Source: Trichosphaerium sp. ATCC 40318
Lineage: Eukaryota > Protista > Tubulinea
NCBI GenBank assembly: GCA_038496445.1
Contig: JALMLS010000097.1
Location: 62,001 to 126,000, forward strand
DNA length: 64,000 bases
Direction: 5' to 3'
The position numbers and the translations under genes are program-made. Positions 36,552 to 50,496 of this stretch are shown here, one piece after another. Numbering within the stretch: the first letter of the stretch is position 1; every line of letters starts with the position of its first letter. The notes beneath the pieces are model-generated. The model saw nothing but the letters and a program-made list of their open reading frames with translations. It made no database searches and was not told where the DNA came from.

Positions 36552-39500
36552 TTATGACTGTTCTTCGGGAATAGCACGTTGTGATCGATCTGAAATCCAT
36601 TCACCGATACGCTCTACAACATTACTTCTCATCTCAAACCCATGACCCTGTACAAAAGGTAAGAAGAAACACAAACTCGATGTCATTGGAAACAAGAATA
36701 GGATTGACGTGACGTACTTTGATGTCCACTAGCGTCTTATCCTCACTCCGGATATTATCCACAAATGATTTTGTGGCCTCATAATCACATATGTTATCCT
36801 TAGGATCATGAAAAACCAGCATGGGATGAGCCATGAGATCGGCACTATCGCATATAGCCTCCGCTAAAAAAAGGATGAATTTCAATTCACAATCTGCTTT
36901 TTCTTTTTTTTTTTTTATTAAGGATAGGGGAGCGTCTTACCTAGTCCCGGAATCTCCTCGCAAAGATGTTTTGGACTTTGAGTATTTATCACTGAGTCTA
37001 GTGCACCCAAATGTTTCAATTTGTTTAGGATTGGCTCCGGTTTATTACCATGAAGCTCCAGCAAGGGAGATATACATATAATCCCCTATTGTAAAAAAAA
37101 ATTAATCTTTTTTTCCGGGGCTTTTTTCCGACTCTGCAGTACATCCAAACAAACAAAAACTCCTTTCAAACTGGAAATAAATCCCGTCCTGATGAAGGCA
37201 GGAAATAATATGAAAAAAAAAGAGCTGTTGCTCATTGTGTTTTTCGGTTTTTTTTTCTGTGGAAATGCGATTTTTTGTTTATGTTATTTACTGTTCGGTA
37301 CCTTTAATAGATAAATAAATCGATGTCTGAAAGCTACAGACAAAGCCAATAATGCGCCATACTGTGCGCCAATAATAAACAATGGGAGTTTCGAAGCCTC
37401 TTGAGATTGTCTTATAAGTGGTAACACCATCTATCAAAAATCAGAATGAAGAAAACGTTCAACATGATGTGGCAGCTCGTAAAATTGACGTGGTGCAGTA
37501 AAATATTTTTGAACAGCAAGTATTCTAGAATTTCACGTGCATCATTAACATCATTAACAAAGTTATCAAATCGAGGTGCATATGTCCTTCTGCCTCCAGA
37601 GAAGCCAAAACCAACTTGATCATATCCGAAAACCATAATCCCGTACTCCGCAAGCGTCTTTGCTACTCCCGACACTCTACAACAATGCAAACCAAGACCG
37701 TGTACATAAAGAGCGACAGCCTTTAGTTTTTGTCCTTTGGTAGGCTACAAAAAAAAAAAACACGTGTTAGTGGCGTGAAAGTGAAATTAGCACGTGATAA
37801 TTAATGGGTTTTTTTTTTCTTCTGTTTTACCTTCCACGTGCGATAGAATAGTTTGAAGCCTTCTGATGTTATTAGATTCTTACCAGCATACTCTCCTGAA
37901 AATTGATACAATGTTTTATCATCTTTGAATTCATGTTCATTGTCTATCGAGCGGAAGATGCGTTGGTTCAAAATAATCTAAAAAATAAGTTAAAATTAGT
38001 TTTTTCTAATGTTGATTTGATAGTTATTTCTTACTTGTCCTATTTCTATGACTTGTTCTCTTGATGTAGAACTAACATGTCCGGATAACCAATTAACTAC
38101 ATCAGAACCTTCTACACAACCATGATACCATGTGCCACGCACAAGAAATGATTTTCTTTTTACAGCTTGGCATAATTTATCCAACATTCTCTTAAACTTT
38201 GAACCATTCACGTTCTTTAACAACGTTTCTCGTGTCTACGCATTTGTTACCATATTAAATAAATTGAAATTGGCTCATGGTTAAACACGCACCATTCTCT
38301 GACTTGTCAAGTGGTAGAATGCCTTTTCTTTAAATATTGGAGCACCCATAATTCGTGTGAAATATCCTCTAAATCGCAACAATTATTGTCTTTATTTTTT
38401 TTCACGTGACATACCTTGTTAATAGTGCTTGTCCAAAATGTGTAGCTTGATCCCTTGAATTTACACTAGAACATCGGTGGTTTAGCCACTCATATGCTTC
38501 CCTGCCTTTTGACGTCAACAAAGCACTGAAGAAGGAAATAGAGACGTTGAGAAAATAATTTTGAACCTACCGAGAAAAGTGCTTCTATATACAACACCTT
38601 TATACTGTCTGTTCTTTGCGATCTTCCACATATGTTGCAAGAAAGCTTTTGCATCGCTACCACCTCTCGAAAAATCCAATACACGCCTGTGATTGGGAGA
38701 ATACTGAAACGAGCTCTGAATAAAAATTAATAAGGCAAAAAGAAAAAAAACGAAAAAAAAGATTGCGCACTTGATTATCATCAGTTGACTTTGGAAGTAA
38801 AGTAACACTTAAAAAGTCTCTATTGCTTATCTTTCCATCTGTTTTACCTCTCCTTAGACTCTGAGATGACCTTGTGGCATTTGGAGAACTTGCTCTATCC
38901 AATCTTGGTCCAGGTCTTCTATTTTTTTTTCGGAATTCTTCATCAACTTCGGTTCCATCCCAATCATCAGAATCGCCCATCATAGGTTCGCCAGAAGGTC
39001 CTGCTCTAAATAATAATTATAAGACGAACACGTGCCAGAAAGGGGAAGTTCTTTAAAATCTTTACAAAGAGATAAAATATCCTAAAATGCAGCGCTCTAT
39101 GAGGTATTATTGCGTACCTTGGTTTTAATAAATTAACACGTGATAAACCACGAGTTGTTGGATTTTTTCCAGCATTTCCTGAGCGTCTATGTCGTTCTGC
39201 TATTTCTATCTTGACTTCTGTTCTTCTTTCAATATTACTCCTTGAACTTCTTCTTTGTATAAGTATTGCACTCTGTGTTCTTCCACGAATATCATCACGT
39301 GGTTCTTTTGGTTGTGGTTTTTTTGGTAAAGGCTTTGGTAAACGTTTTGGAAGTGGCTTAGGAGGCAACCTTGCTGTAACAGTTGAGGTACTGCAAACTT
39401 CCTCGTCTTCAGTCTCGCCTGATGAAGATGTTGATGACGTTGTAGAAGAATCTGATTCTTCTCCACTCAATTGCGCCCTATGCACGGAACTGCTTCTAAA

Positions 39501-40271
39501 ATACAACAAACGTGAGCAATCACCTTAAAGACAAAAAGGAATAATTGTGGCGTTCTGATTTCTTTGTGTTTTTGGACATAGATGCGATTGAAGTGCGTAC
39601 GTTGATCTTCTTGGTAGTACTTCGCCAACTGTATTACGTCTTACATCAGATTGCTCAATATTAGCTTCATTAGAAGTCCACTATTTGAGTTAATTACTCA
39701 TGAATAAAAGGGCTTGTACTGAAACAGAAATTCTAGTTCATGAAAAAAAAAAAAATACTACAATGTCCGTAATCGAGGCCAAAACGAGATTGAATGGTAC
39801 CTTTGATTTAATAAATCTCATACCAGGTGCTCTATGTACTGATTGGAAACTTTCCTCTGTTTCAAGATATTTTGGTGGTTTTGGCATTGGTAATCCTAAA
39901 AACGTTTCTCAACACGTGGCGGTTTTGCAAAAGGCAAAAAAAAAATTATTTGGCTTTTGGTTTTTTTTTACGTGATTTTTGATAGACGGTTGCTTACCTC
40001 CGTATATATTTCGTAGTGGCTCTTTCTTCTCTGGAATATTTGTAGGCGCATTGTATAGGTTTGTTAGAGCTCTTCCAGGTCTTACTGCCTGTTTAACAGG
40101 TGCTGGAGGTACTGGTGGCAATTCGGTTGGTGGAGGTCCCGAAGATACTTCAGAAGTCTCTTCATTGTTAATAATAGTGTCTATTGGTTTAATATCTACA
40201 GATTCTTCTTCGCCGCCCGATATTGAGTCTTCTCCATACCTAATCATAGGCGTGGCAGTATCCGTTGCCAT
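36552..40271 (-). CDS. Pro/Ser-rich N-terminus + DEP domain(s) + monoacylglycerol-lipase-type alpha/beta hydrolase lacking the Ser nucleophile, multi-exon
   Basis: DEP motif WYHGCVEGSDVVNWLS..SREQVIEIGQ..FKDDKTLYQF; hydrolase motifs YVHGLG, GYDQVGFGFSGG and LPLFIIGAQYGALLA. Confidence 0.75.
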
Positions 40272-40783
40272 GGCGCTTTTATTTAAGCCACGTGCAGCTT
40301 TGAGCTTTACAAACCAGTCCATTAAGTTCGCTCAAACGTATTCTTTCGGTTTACAATTCAGTATGACTAGTCGTTAGCCTACCTAAACTACACTACTCAT
40401 GTACTGCCAATTTCACGCTTTTTTTCACAATAGTTCAAAAAAAGGTGCATCTGACACGCACTCGCGTCAAACACCGTGTCAGTGCGATGAAAGAAACGAC
40501 GTGACGTATGATTAAATAGCGTATTATCGCGCTATAAAAAGTGAGCTAGTTTTAGGAACTTGTATTCGCGTCAATGTCTTGTTTCTAGCACGTGATAACG
40601 TGTTAAAAATAAAATAATGAGAAGTGGCCTGATTTCTTTGTTTGATATGTTTAATATAAGTACAATTGGCTTGTAAACGCAGGTATAAGGATGAGGCTCC
40701 AAGACGAAAAGGGGAAAAAATGGGCAGCCTCTTTTGTTCAGGTAAAAAAAAATAAAAAATTGTTTCGCGCCGATTTTTTTTTT

Positions 40784-43700
40784 TTAATAATCATCTTCAT
40801 TATTCCGCACCAAATTCTTTTGGTTCGTGTACAGAAAATGAAGTATCCTCAAAATCAGGAAGTGCTGGTTTCATTTCAAAAACAGCCAGTGATTCCTAAA
40901 CGAAAGAAAAGATCAACAAATCGCGTGAGCCAGGTTCACAAAAGATTTAAAAATATGATCAAAAAAAAAAAGATCCGGATCGGCGTACCTTTTTCAGTTG
41001 GTCGAACTGTTCATCCAGTATTCGTATTGCTGTAGATCTTTTCTCTGCTTTCTTACGATATACAGGTTCTTTGATAATGATATTCGCAAACGGTGATGTG
41101 CCACTATCGCTGGCACTATCTTTTTCGGAAGTGTTTGGCTGTTCATCTTCTTCGCTTGCACTGACGCTCTCTTGTTTAACTTGAACAGAGTCTGTAGATC
41201 GCACCAAAGAGATACGTATGAGAGACTCCATATTATCAACATTGATGGGATTTTGTTCAGAGACATTGCCTGTGACCCATCCAGAAGAATCCACACCAGC
41301 CCGGGTAGTTTTTTTTCTTCCAGTTTTTTGTTTTGTAATATAAATCACGTTTTTGGGTGAACTCGCTGTTGTCCTTGTCGTTTGAGGTGATCCAAGCATT
41401 GGGGGTCCCAACCTCGGTTTAGGTGATTTTGATCTTCTTCTAGGTGACTTAGATCGTCTTCTCGGAGACTTTGATCTCCAAGAGCCTGTGGTAGCGGCTG
41501 ACCTCTCTGAGCTCTCTAATGAAAAAATCAGAAAGAAATTTGACATGTTGCATTGACTTACCATCTTTGCCCTGAGAGACTTCATCATCGCTGATTCCAG
41601 TCAACGTGTCTTCTTCGAAGTCCTTGCTCATGTTTTGCATACTATTACTTCGCCTTAAATCCAGTGTTTTGTTTATCTTTGACGATAGTCCTTTGTCATA
41701 ACTTTTGCTAAAGTTTGTTGTTCCTTTATTCCATGTGAATTTTGGAACTTTTGTTGATTTATCAGATTTATTTTTGTTACTTGGTGCATCATCTCTGTTG
41801 CTTGGAAATGTTATTGTTCGTCTTTTGTTTTTGAATAAAGGAGATATAAGTAGCTCTTGCTTGAACGCTGGTACATCCAACAAACAGCAATGTACTTCCA
41901 AGTCATCTAAAATGTCAGTGAACAAAAGGAAGCAAGGGTTATGCATCAAAAAATAACTTTGTGTTCGCAGAGCAAATAAAAATAGATTCGGTGTTGTGTG
42001 AGTAACTTTTCTACGTACCTGTTAATGTGTATATAAAACATGTTGTATCAATGACAGTCCAATCCACGCCTAATGATAAATTTAGATACAAAAGAGAAAA
42101 AGCAATGTGTCATAAAAAGTTTTTCTGTTACACTACACTTGTTCAGTTAAACAAACTATAACTTACCTCTTATTTTTACTGTGCCATCGCCTAGCTCACA
42201 TGTCTTTTTGAACTCATATGCGCCGTTTATTGTGATACTTACTTGAACAACTTCAATAAAACCAGACTAGATTAAAGTGAGTTCAAACAGTCCCAAAAGA
42301 TACAAAGTAAAAATAACAAATCATCTTTAAAATAAAAAATATCGGCAAGAAGCGACGTTCTTTACATTAACGAATATTTTACGTCTTACGAGAGTGTTCT
42401 CAAAATAAAATTTTAACATTGACGAACACAAAAAAAAACGTACGTCCGCGTGACCAACAAGAAAACTTGTCAAGCTTGGTATGTAGGTTAAAAAAATCAT
42501 ACCAGATCCAATACTACTCGAGGATGCCTCAATATCTACAGGTGTCAACCGCGTTACAGTATAACTCCCAGCTCGAACAATTTCATTTCGTGCCTACCAC
42601 AAAAGTCACACAACACTATTACTTGTTCTGGTGGAACCAGATAATCCAAAAAATCTAAAGTATCCAAAAAATCGAATAAAATTGTACGATATCACGTGAT
42701 ATGAAAGGGGTATTAAGTGTATCCCGTACCACGCGAACAAAGAGTGTTACTTGAGATGCTTCATTAACGAGGAATATATCTTTATCAACAAATACACAAT
42801 TCCAAGCGCTAAAGAAATAAAGAGTTAAAACGAGGCACGTGATGGTACTTTAGAGCACTTTTAGATTGGGAAAATGAAAAGTGAAAAGAAAAATTAACTT
42901 CCGATAACTATGGCCAAGCCAACCTTGGTCTAGTTCACATACCCGGTTGATAATTCTTTATTATCCGAGTATACTACCTCTCGCATTGGTCCAACATCCC
43001 ATACTTTAATTAGGCCTTTTTTGTTGATTGCCATCAATTCGCTAGAAGCTTCGCTAATACCTATTCAAAAAAACCATCTTAGTCAGTACTATCGTCTCCT
43101 AAATACAAGGAATATTGCGCCATACAATGAAAAAAAAACCAAATACTCTATTTAATAAAAAAGACGTACTTATAGAACAAGTGAAAGCGTTCATATCTGT
43201 TAAAACGAAAGAACCTATAGGAAACCGGATTTGAGCAAAAAAAAAAATCTCGAAAACAAGGCAAAGTACCATTCCCTTCATTGCTCCAAACTACAATATT
43301 GAAATTTCCGTCCGAGCAGGCAATATAATTTTCTGTAGCTTCCACTCGATAAAGAGGTTTTGAATGGCTGTTCAAGTAAGTGAGTAAGAAAACTAGCCTT
43401 CGAAAACACAAAAAACAAAAAACCACAAAAATATCTGAACGTACTGCAAATATCTAACTTCTAACAAGTTTCTTATATTATACACAGCACATCCAGTATC
43501 GGTAGCCACAGCTAGAATTGCCTCGTCATCACTAGTCTCAGCGGTTGTGATATCACGTATTTTAGCCTAAAACGCCAAAATGTTACTAAAAACGAAATAA
43601 AAGGGCACGTGGCGACCAAGAGTAAAAAGGAAAGTTTACCATAAAGTGACAGCCAAAAGGAAAATAAAAAAAATCCGAGTTGTCCACTTATGTCAAAAAC

Positions 43701-44493
43701 ACTGACTTGTGTACGTACCCGTGTACCATGAAGTGATGAGAAAGGGTTCATACATCCAACAATCCTATCCACAGTGTGTACTTTTATTTTAGAGTCGACA
43801 GCAATGTACACTTGGTCGTTGAAAGGAGATACAGCAAATAATTTTAGTGCCTATAAAAAAAAAAGTTTTAGCGTCTGAGACTAAATCACGTGAACGTTTT
43901 TTACAAAAAAAACTGTAGGGAGATGTTGTGAAAACATAGTGGTCGGATAAATTGCCAAAAGAGGTTTGTCTTACCCCGGTTGTAAGACCAGTATTTGATG
44001 CTATCTTTCCTAGCTTACTGTTTATCCCGGTCATCAGAGGAGAAACTCGGTTCGCCAATTTTGATGTTATACCAGGACAGCATCTTCTCTGTGCTAATTT
44101 GTAACATCGCTTATGTGCCAAAAAGCCACAAGCTTGGAAATAATCGTTACATGTTTGTTTTTTTTTCGAAAAAAACCGAAAAAAGGAAAAAACTGACTTT
44201 GAGAAAGCGTACCAGAACAATGTAATACTTTACTGAAAGACCCTTATATTATAGTTAGTATATTATGTTGTACTTACGTCGTCAAGTATTAGTGTAAAGG
44301 AGAAAAAAAAATTCAAAACAATTTTTTTTTTTTGTTTCGAACACTTCAAATTTTTGTTCGAATGATACTTACAGATGATATCTGAACAAGCTTCGCATTT
44401 TTTAGGCCTGTTTAGCTTTTTTACTTGTAGCGCACATCTGTGTGATTTTGTAGAGCGTGGTGCAGCCATAGAGGCATCTATACTATCATCCAA
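40784..44493 (-). CDS. C1 (DAG-binding type) zinc finger + WD40-like repeats + low-complexity tail, multi-exon (start uncertain)
   Basis: KKCEACSDII..ACGFLAHKRCYKLAQRRC; repeats such as YIACSDGNFNIVVWS and KGLIKVWD. Confidence 0.65.
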
Positions 44494-44869
44494 ATTTGAA
44501 GCAAACTCCCTTTTATTTAGTCACGTGCTTTTTATTTGGTAAGACAACAAAACACCAAAAATTGCAGATTGAGCAAACGTGGAGTCAATATCGTTCAAAC
44601 CGTTACTTGGAAGGGCGCTTAAACGAAGCCTCTTACGGCTGCGTGCGCGGTAGAAGTATCGACAATACTACTTTCCCGTTCTCTTGCTTTTTACATGTTG
44701 AACCATTTCGTACATCACTCCAGATATCCCTACATTTGACATATCAAAAGTCGAAACCGGCTGGGTGCGATTAAAGCTTGTTCACTTTGAATGAGAAAAT
44801 GGCAGTCAGAAGCAAGGTATGGGGTGTAACAAGCGCTAAATCGTCACCACATTTGCCAACAATATCTAA

Positions 44870-45546
44870 TAGTTAAATGGCTCCAAATCGGAGAATTGTC
44901 ATTTGTACACCTTCCCATTGAGTTACAGCTTGATATTGTTGATATGCGATTTTTAAATATATACAAGGTGGCCATTACGATCAAAAGAAACGCCTTGGCA
45001 ACAAAGGTTTGATCAACATATGGAAAAGCATGGCAAATGGAAACAAGCACGTGCTACGCAACAATGGAATCATGGTAAGCGCAATGGGCAAACGATGGGT
45101 AGGTGATAGATTATATGTTCAGTGCACTTTTGTGAATGATACAGGGAAGGAGAGTGTGAAAATGGTACACTCTTCAAAAAATGTATTTACGAATGTTGAA
45201 CAGAAGAGTTCGCAAATATTGGTTTGGAAATGGTCTACTGGATACAGTGTATAATATAATAAGTGGTCTGAGGGAGGGAATGGGCAATTGTATGAGAAGA
45301 TGCATTATGTCAATGGGAAACTAGAAGGAGTACAAGCGCTGGTTGGACAACGGTCAGCTGGAGATACATGCCAAATACTGTAATGGAGAGTTTCACGGAG
45401 AACACAAACAATGGTATGAACAAGGGCAACTGTTCGTCCAGAAAAACTTTGCCTATGGTTGTTTAGATGGAGAGTACAAACATTGGTATAAAGATGGGCA
45501 ACAGGCCTCTCATATGCATTTTGTTAATGGCACTAGAGTAAAATAG
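44870..45546 (+). pseudogene. Degraded intronless MORN-variant repeat gene with possible N-terminal F-box
   Basis: NGQLEIHAKYCNGEFHGEHKQWYEQGQLFVQKNFAYGCLDGEYKHWYKDGQ repeats; upstream repeats broken by frameshifts and stops; LSFVHLPIELQLDIV. Confidence 0.65.
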
Positions 45547-47221
45547 TAAGTATCAAATAAATATATTCCATGTCGATACCTAGAGTTCTAGATAGTCCGG
45601 CACATTGTTAAAACACTCGTATGATATTTTGATATTACTAGTGAGCTTGCGAAAATGTGCATGTTGTAGTTACAGAGATTTTAGCTCATTTTTAATAACA
45701 AACGAGAAAAGTGCTTGTCAAACATGTCTTCTCCTTGCTTCTATCATTCATGACATTATTGGATATTATGGTGTTACACACTTGACTGTTGAAAGAGCAA
45801 AAGCGCTTTTAAAACATGGTAGTGCTCCACAACATACAAAAACCAAAGTTGCTGGCAAACATTCTGATAGTATCACCAGGTACTGCTGGCGTTCATGCTT
45901 TGTCATACTGAAATTGCAGATGAAGGGCTAAAAGCACTTGTCGGTGTTCATCCAATTTATCTTACTGACACACTACCGATGAAGTTTAAAAGCACTTTCT
46001 GGAGTTCATACGATACAGTTTTCTTTCCTTCTATCTTCATTCTTTCGTCTCATACCGCTACCGCGTGTGGCGCAAAGGCATATCGTAATGGACTAATTGT
46101 CATCATTTACTACTGGAGCTTTTTCTGTGCGCCTTTTACAAATACTTTTTCAATAGGCGGAGTACTCTGCGACATAAACCAAAGAAAGCAAATCAGCTTG
46201 TAAATATTTTGGCGCGAACTTACACGGAGCTATCTGCAATGAAGGTCTATCTACCAGAACAAGCAAGGACAGATAGTTACGCGTATTCAAAAAGCAACAT
46301 TGGGGCAGCTTCGCACAGTGATTTTTGTCCAAAACACTATTTCACAGAACCTTTCGCTTCGTCAAAAAAAGCGAAATCTAGCATAACTTTCAACCACTTT
46401 TTTTTTTCTCAGTCTGTTTGGCTTCTTTAAATACCGCTATGATCTACAATACTAATGGATAGTGAAAATAGGTGCAGTTCAAATGCTTCTACATAAATAT
46501 ATAACTCTACTACGTACTGAGTGTTCGTGTAAAGGAGTCTTAAAGAAGACATCCATGCACAATCTCTTAGCTTGGGTTTCGAGTTTTTTCGCTGTGACAT
46601 CAATGTCACAAGTGGTAGTATGCTATGACACGTCCCGTTGGTCCATCGGCAATACGCAAAATAAATACTTACTATTATTCCAGTTGCTGTACCAGCGAAA
46701 ACCGGACTTAACTTGAGCATGACTTACTACGACGAAATTTACTTCGAAATTCGAGCTTTGAGAGGTGCTATGTGGCCCTTTCAAGACTCCTACCTCCCTC
46801 CTCTTCGGGATTTCCCGAAGACTTACAACCAATTGACACGATCACCTTTCACATCCTTTTTTTTTTTGTTTTTCAAATTTTTGTATTGGTAAAGAACGAA
46901 AGTGCCTTTTAGACTTGTCAACATTTTACAGATAAAGGCATTGCCAAATGGCTCACTTACTTAATGAAGATTGAAAATATGCTTTCATGAGCATCTGATA
47001 CTAGGTGTGAAGTAGTGAAGTTAATGAAACCATTGTGATGTTTATCACTAACACTCGACGTCCCGCTTAAGTGCAAAATGTATTCCAAACGCCTTTGCAC
47101 ATTACAGCAACAGTTACCACAATTTTAATGATTGTAAAGGCGAGAACAAGGTACAGTGGATGGAAACAGATGGTACAATGAAAGGATTAAAAGGTTGATG
47201 TCCTTTATTAATAACGTTGTA

Positions 47222-48512
47222 CTAATAGTAGTAGCGAGGACGATATCTAGGTCTGTGGCAAGAACGCTTGCAAGCCTTTGCCTCCCTACGACAATAATAT
47301 TCACTATCACATGCCTCACTAGACATGCAATCATTGTACTCTTGTACGCAATCTTGTACGCAAAGATCAACTGGTGAAAGACGAGCTGCTTCTACAACAA
47401 AGTATGGTATCATGCTTCTGTCAACACCGAAGGATTGAGGGTTTTGAGGACCAAGAACATTTCCATCTGAAAAGAAAAATGAGATTACAAATACAGCAGC
47501 ATCACGTGCCTATTGGAGAAGCGAGTGGTTTCCAAAAAAATGGTGTCGCAGGATTCATATCTGGGTAAGGTTCAACTGAAATAACAACACTGTATCCATT
47601 ACACAAGCTAAACCTCCAAATGAGTACAACAATGCAAACAACTATAAAAAGAAACAAGTGACGTACTTGATTGGTGGATCAATAAAGTCAGATCCTGGGT
47701 ATGCTGGTGGGTCTAGCGGACCAGCAGTAGGTCCAGCACCATCCGAATCAGGCAGTGAAGGATCAGAGAATGTACCAAATGACTTTGGCTCGCCAGATGG
47801 ATCTACAACCCATCCCTCGTATATGAAGCCAGAAGGTGCGATTGGAACAGAAAGTGATCTGTATGGATTGCCTACTGGCGCTGTAGCATTGAAAATCCAG
47901 ATACCGAGGCAATCATCATCAGTTGCAGCAGATGTTGGTGTAGCCAAGAAAAAAGGACCACGCAAGTTTTCGCTGAAGTCTTCTCCCCAAAAAGCATCTG
48001 TATTTACGACAGCACGTGTACCAGCGGAGTTGAAATAGCCCGAAACTAATCTATGAACAGAAGGTGCTGGGTCTGGGTCTTCTCTCGGCTCGATGGTCAG
48101 ACTAAAAAAGTTTGTTAGTCGACGGAGAATAAAAAAACCCGCAAAGCTCAACCACGCTTCCATAGTCGGTAAAAAAAGCCCACGTGATGAAAAAAACATG
48201 CTAATATTTTAGTCTACATGTGGGCGAAAAAAAAATGATGACGATATAAACGACAAAGAGGAGATTAACTTACACAAAGTTGTTTCCGCGTAAGCGCTCT
48301 TGTAGAGTAATCTGCATGGTTATCATTGTGCCCTTGAGTTGTCCAGTAAATCTCCCGGTAGATACAGGGCCATCACCTGTTATAATCCATCCCTCATACA
48401 CCTCATTAGGTGCTAGAGAGCCAAGCTCGTTTGTAAAGGTATAAGATAGTTTGTATGTGTATTGAGCAGTTGATAATGCCAATAATAGGATAAAACACCC
48501 AAAAAGCTTCAT
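47222..48512 (-). CDS. Secreted protein with two bacterial-type 'anti-sigma factor'-annotated (RskA C-terminal-like) repeats and a Cys-rich tail, multi-exon
   Basis: Signal peptide; YEGWIITGDGPVSTGRF, LTIEPREDPDPAPS, FFLATPT, FIYEGWVV..FGTF, PAYPGSDF, VVISVEPYPD. Confidence 0.65.
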
Positions 48513-50496
48513 TCTTAAGAGCTGTTGCTGTTGTTATTCGAAAGCTATTAAAATCGTAAACAAGTTTTTTATGCGGTCACGTGATATAACGTTGGTTTAT
48601 TAAAATACGTCCTAAAGCCTCCACACTCATCCAAACTGTGTATTTATAGATAATGTTGATTCATACCTTCGTTTCTGTAAGGTTTTTTTCATCATCACTT
48701 CAGCTATATGACGAACTCGTAATTTCCCCTACAAAGACTCAGGAGATTGTGAATGTACTTGGCATGGGTTGATGTATAAAGAACTTTGTTACTTTACAGC
48801 ACAGTCGACACTAATTAATATCTCCCAATTGAAGTTATCTGTTTTGCGCTTTTTGGAAGTACGAGACAAGTATTCGAGTTGTAGGTAGGGTGATCACTTT
48901 TAAGCCCTTTTGCAACAGTACAAGGTTTACGACTCAAAAACACGTGGCGATCCCTTTTTTGCACGACATTGTTTAAGAAGTATTTTCTACTACAACTATA
49001 CGCCTTGAAGTTCTCTAACTTTCTTATTTATTTACATAACACAGCAACTACTAGAACTCTTACGAATAGGGAACATTCTATACTGTAGACCTAATAGTGC
49101 TGCCTCATAGAAAGCTACAATAAAGTAAGTCATTGTTTACTTTGTGTGCGTTTCACACAAAAAAGGGAAAGTTTGATTTTGGATCACGTGCCATCATGTA
49201 CACCTGAATTATTCTTTGCACTTGTTTCAACATAACTGTGTGCCTATTATTTTATGAATTTAATGATAATTTTCGGGTGATATGTGTTGACGTACACCTA
49301 TTGCAGCGGCTAATTGTTTTCCTTGTTGAAAAGAAACATGCTCATTTTTATCATCTCTTATATCTAATTTATTACCAATAACTAAAATAGGTACACCTGG
49401 TGTATGGTGGTGGGCTTCAGGAGAAAACTTAACAACACCATCAGATAAAGAACAAAAACAACCAACAACAAAATAGTTAGCGTACTTGATTTACTATCTT
49501 ATCAAAACTTGGTCTACTGGTTAGATCAAAAACAAGTACCATCACATCCTAAATAAATAAGCAACACAGTTAACAAACCTCAACACCTAAAACCACCAAA
49601 CCGAAAAGTACAAAGGGCATCGGTAATGAGCAAACAAAGTCAAAATATGATTGCCTTTTATGGGATAAATGGCACGTGATAATTTTTGGTATCGATTAAC
49701 AAATACGTACTGCGTTAATGTAAGACAATGGTCGTAATCTATCATACTCTTCCCGTCCTGCAGTGTCAACTAAGTCTAAACACCAAGAATTTTGTGTTAG
49801 TGCGAGCCGTTTTACTTTTATTTCGCACCTAACTCAACTGGTCGCCCGTATTTTGTTGAAAAGGGGTATTTGGGTACCTATGAATATTAAGATGGTTTAA
49901 ATACCTGTAACGGTGCTGTACATAATCGTGAACACTTGGAGTGTAGTCTGTATTCCATTTATCTAACGTACGGCGTTATTTAATGCTTTTTTAACGTTTT
50001 CGTGCCATCAACGAATCTATACATCAAACTAGTCTTTCCTTCGCGTCATGAGCACACTGAAATGACGTACAAGTGCCAGAAAAGGTGTTGGGGCGATATA
50101 TACATGTTAACGTACCAGCATTGTAGGGCCCTGTCAGAACTACTCTCAGAGGTGAGTTGCCTGTTTGCTTTTCCATTTCTGAGTTAAAACGGTCATAAGG
50201 GCTTGTTAGGCTAATTCAAAATCAACTTTGGTAAAATGTGTACATTTATGCTTCAGCATTTAGAGTCCTCCTCGCTGCAACACATGATTACATGCCTAAA
50301 AAGGTGATCACGAACACGTGGTTTATCCTGTCAGGTATTGTTTCCTCGTCACGTTTGTGACAAACTGGATTAAGATGCAATGAAAAGGAAAAGGAGGTAA
50401 GAATAAAACATTGAGTCGATTTGCTTTTAATGGTTTATTTTTGTTTTTTATTTGACATTTTTGAAAATTTTGTTCGCTTAGAACAATAGAGAGCAA

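Noticed and set aside
45605-46720. Short ORFs as a gene
   Set aside because: No coherent exon chain or recognisable motif.
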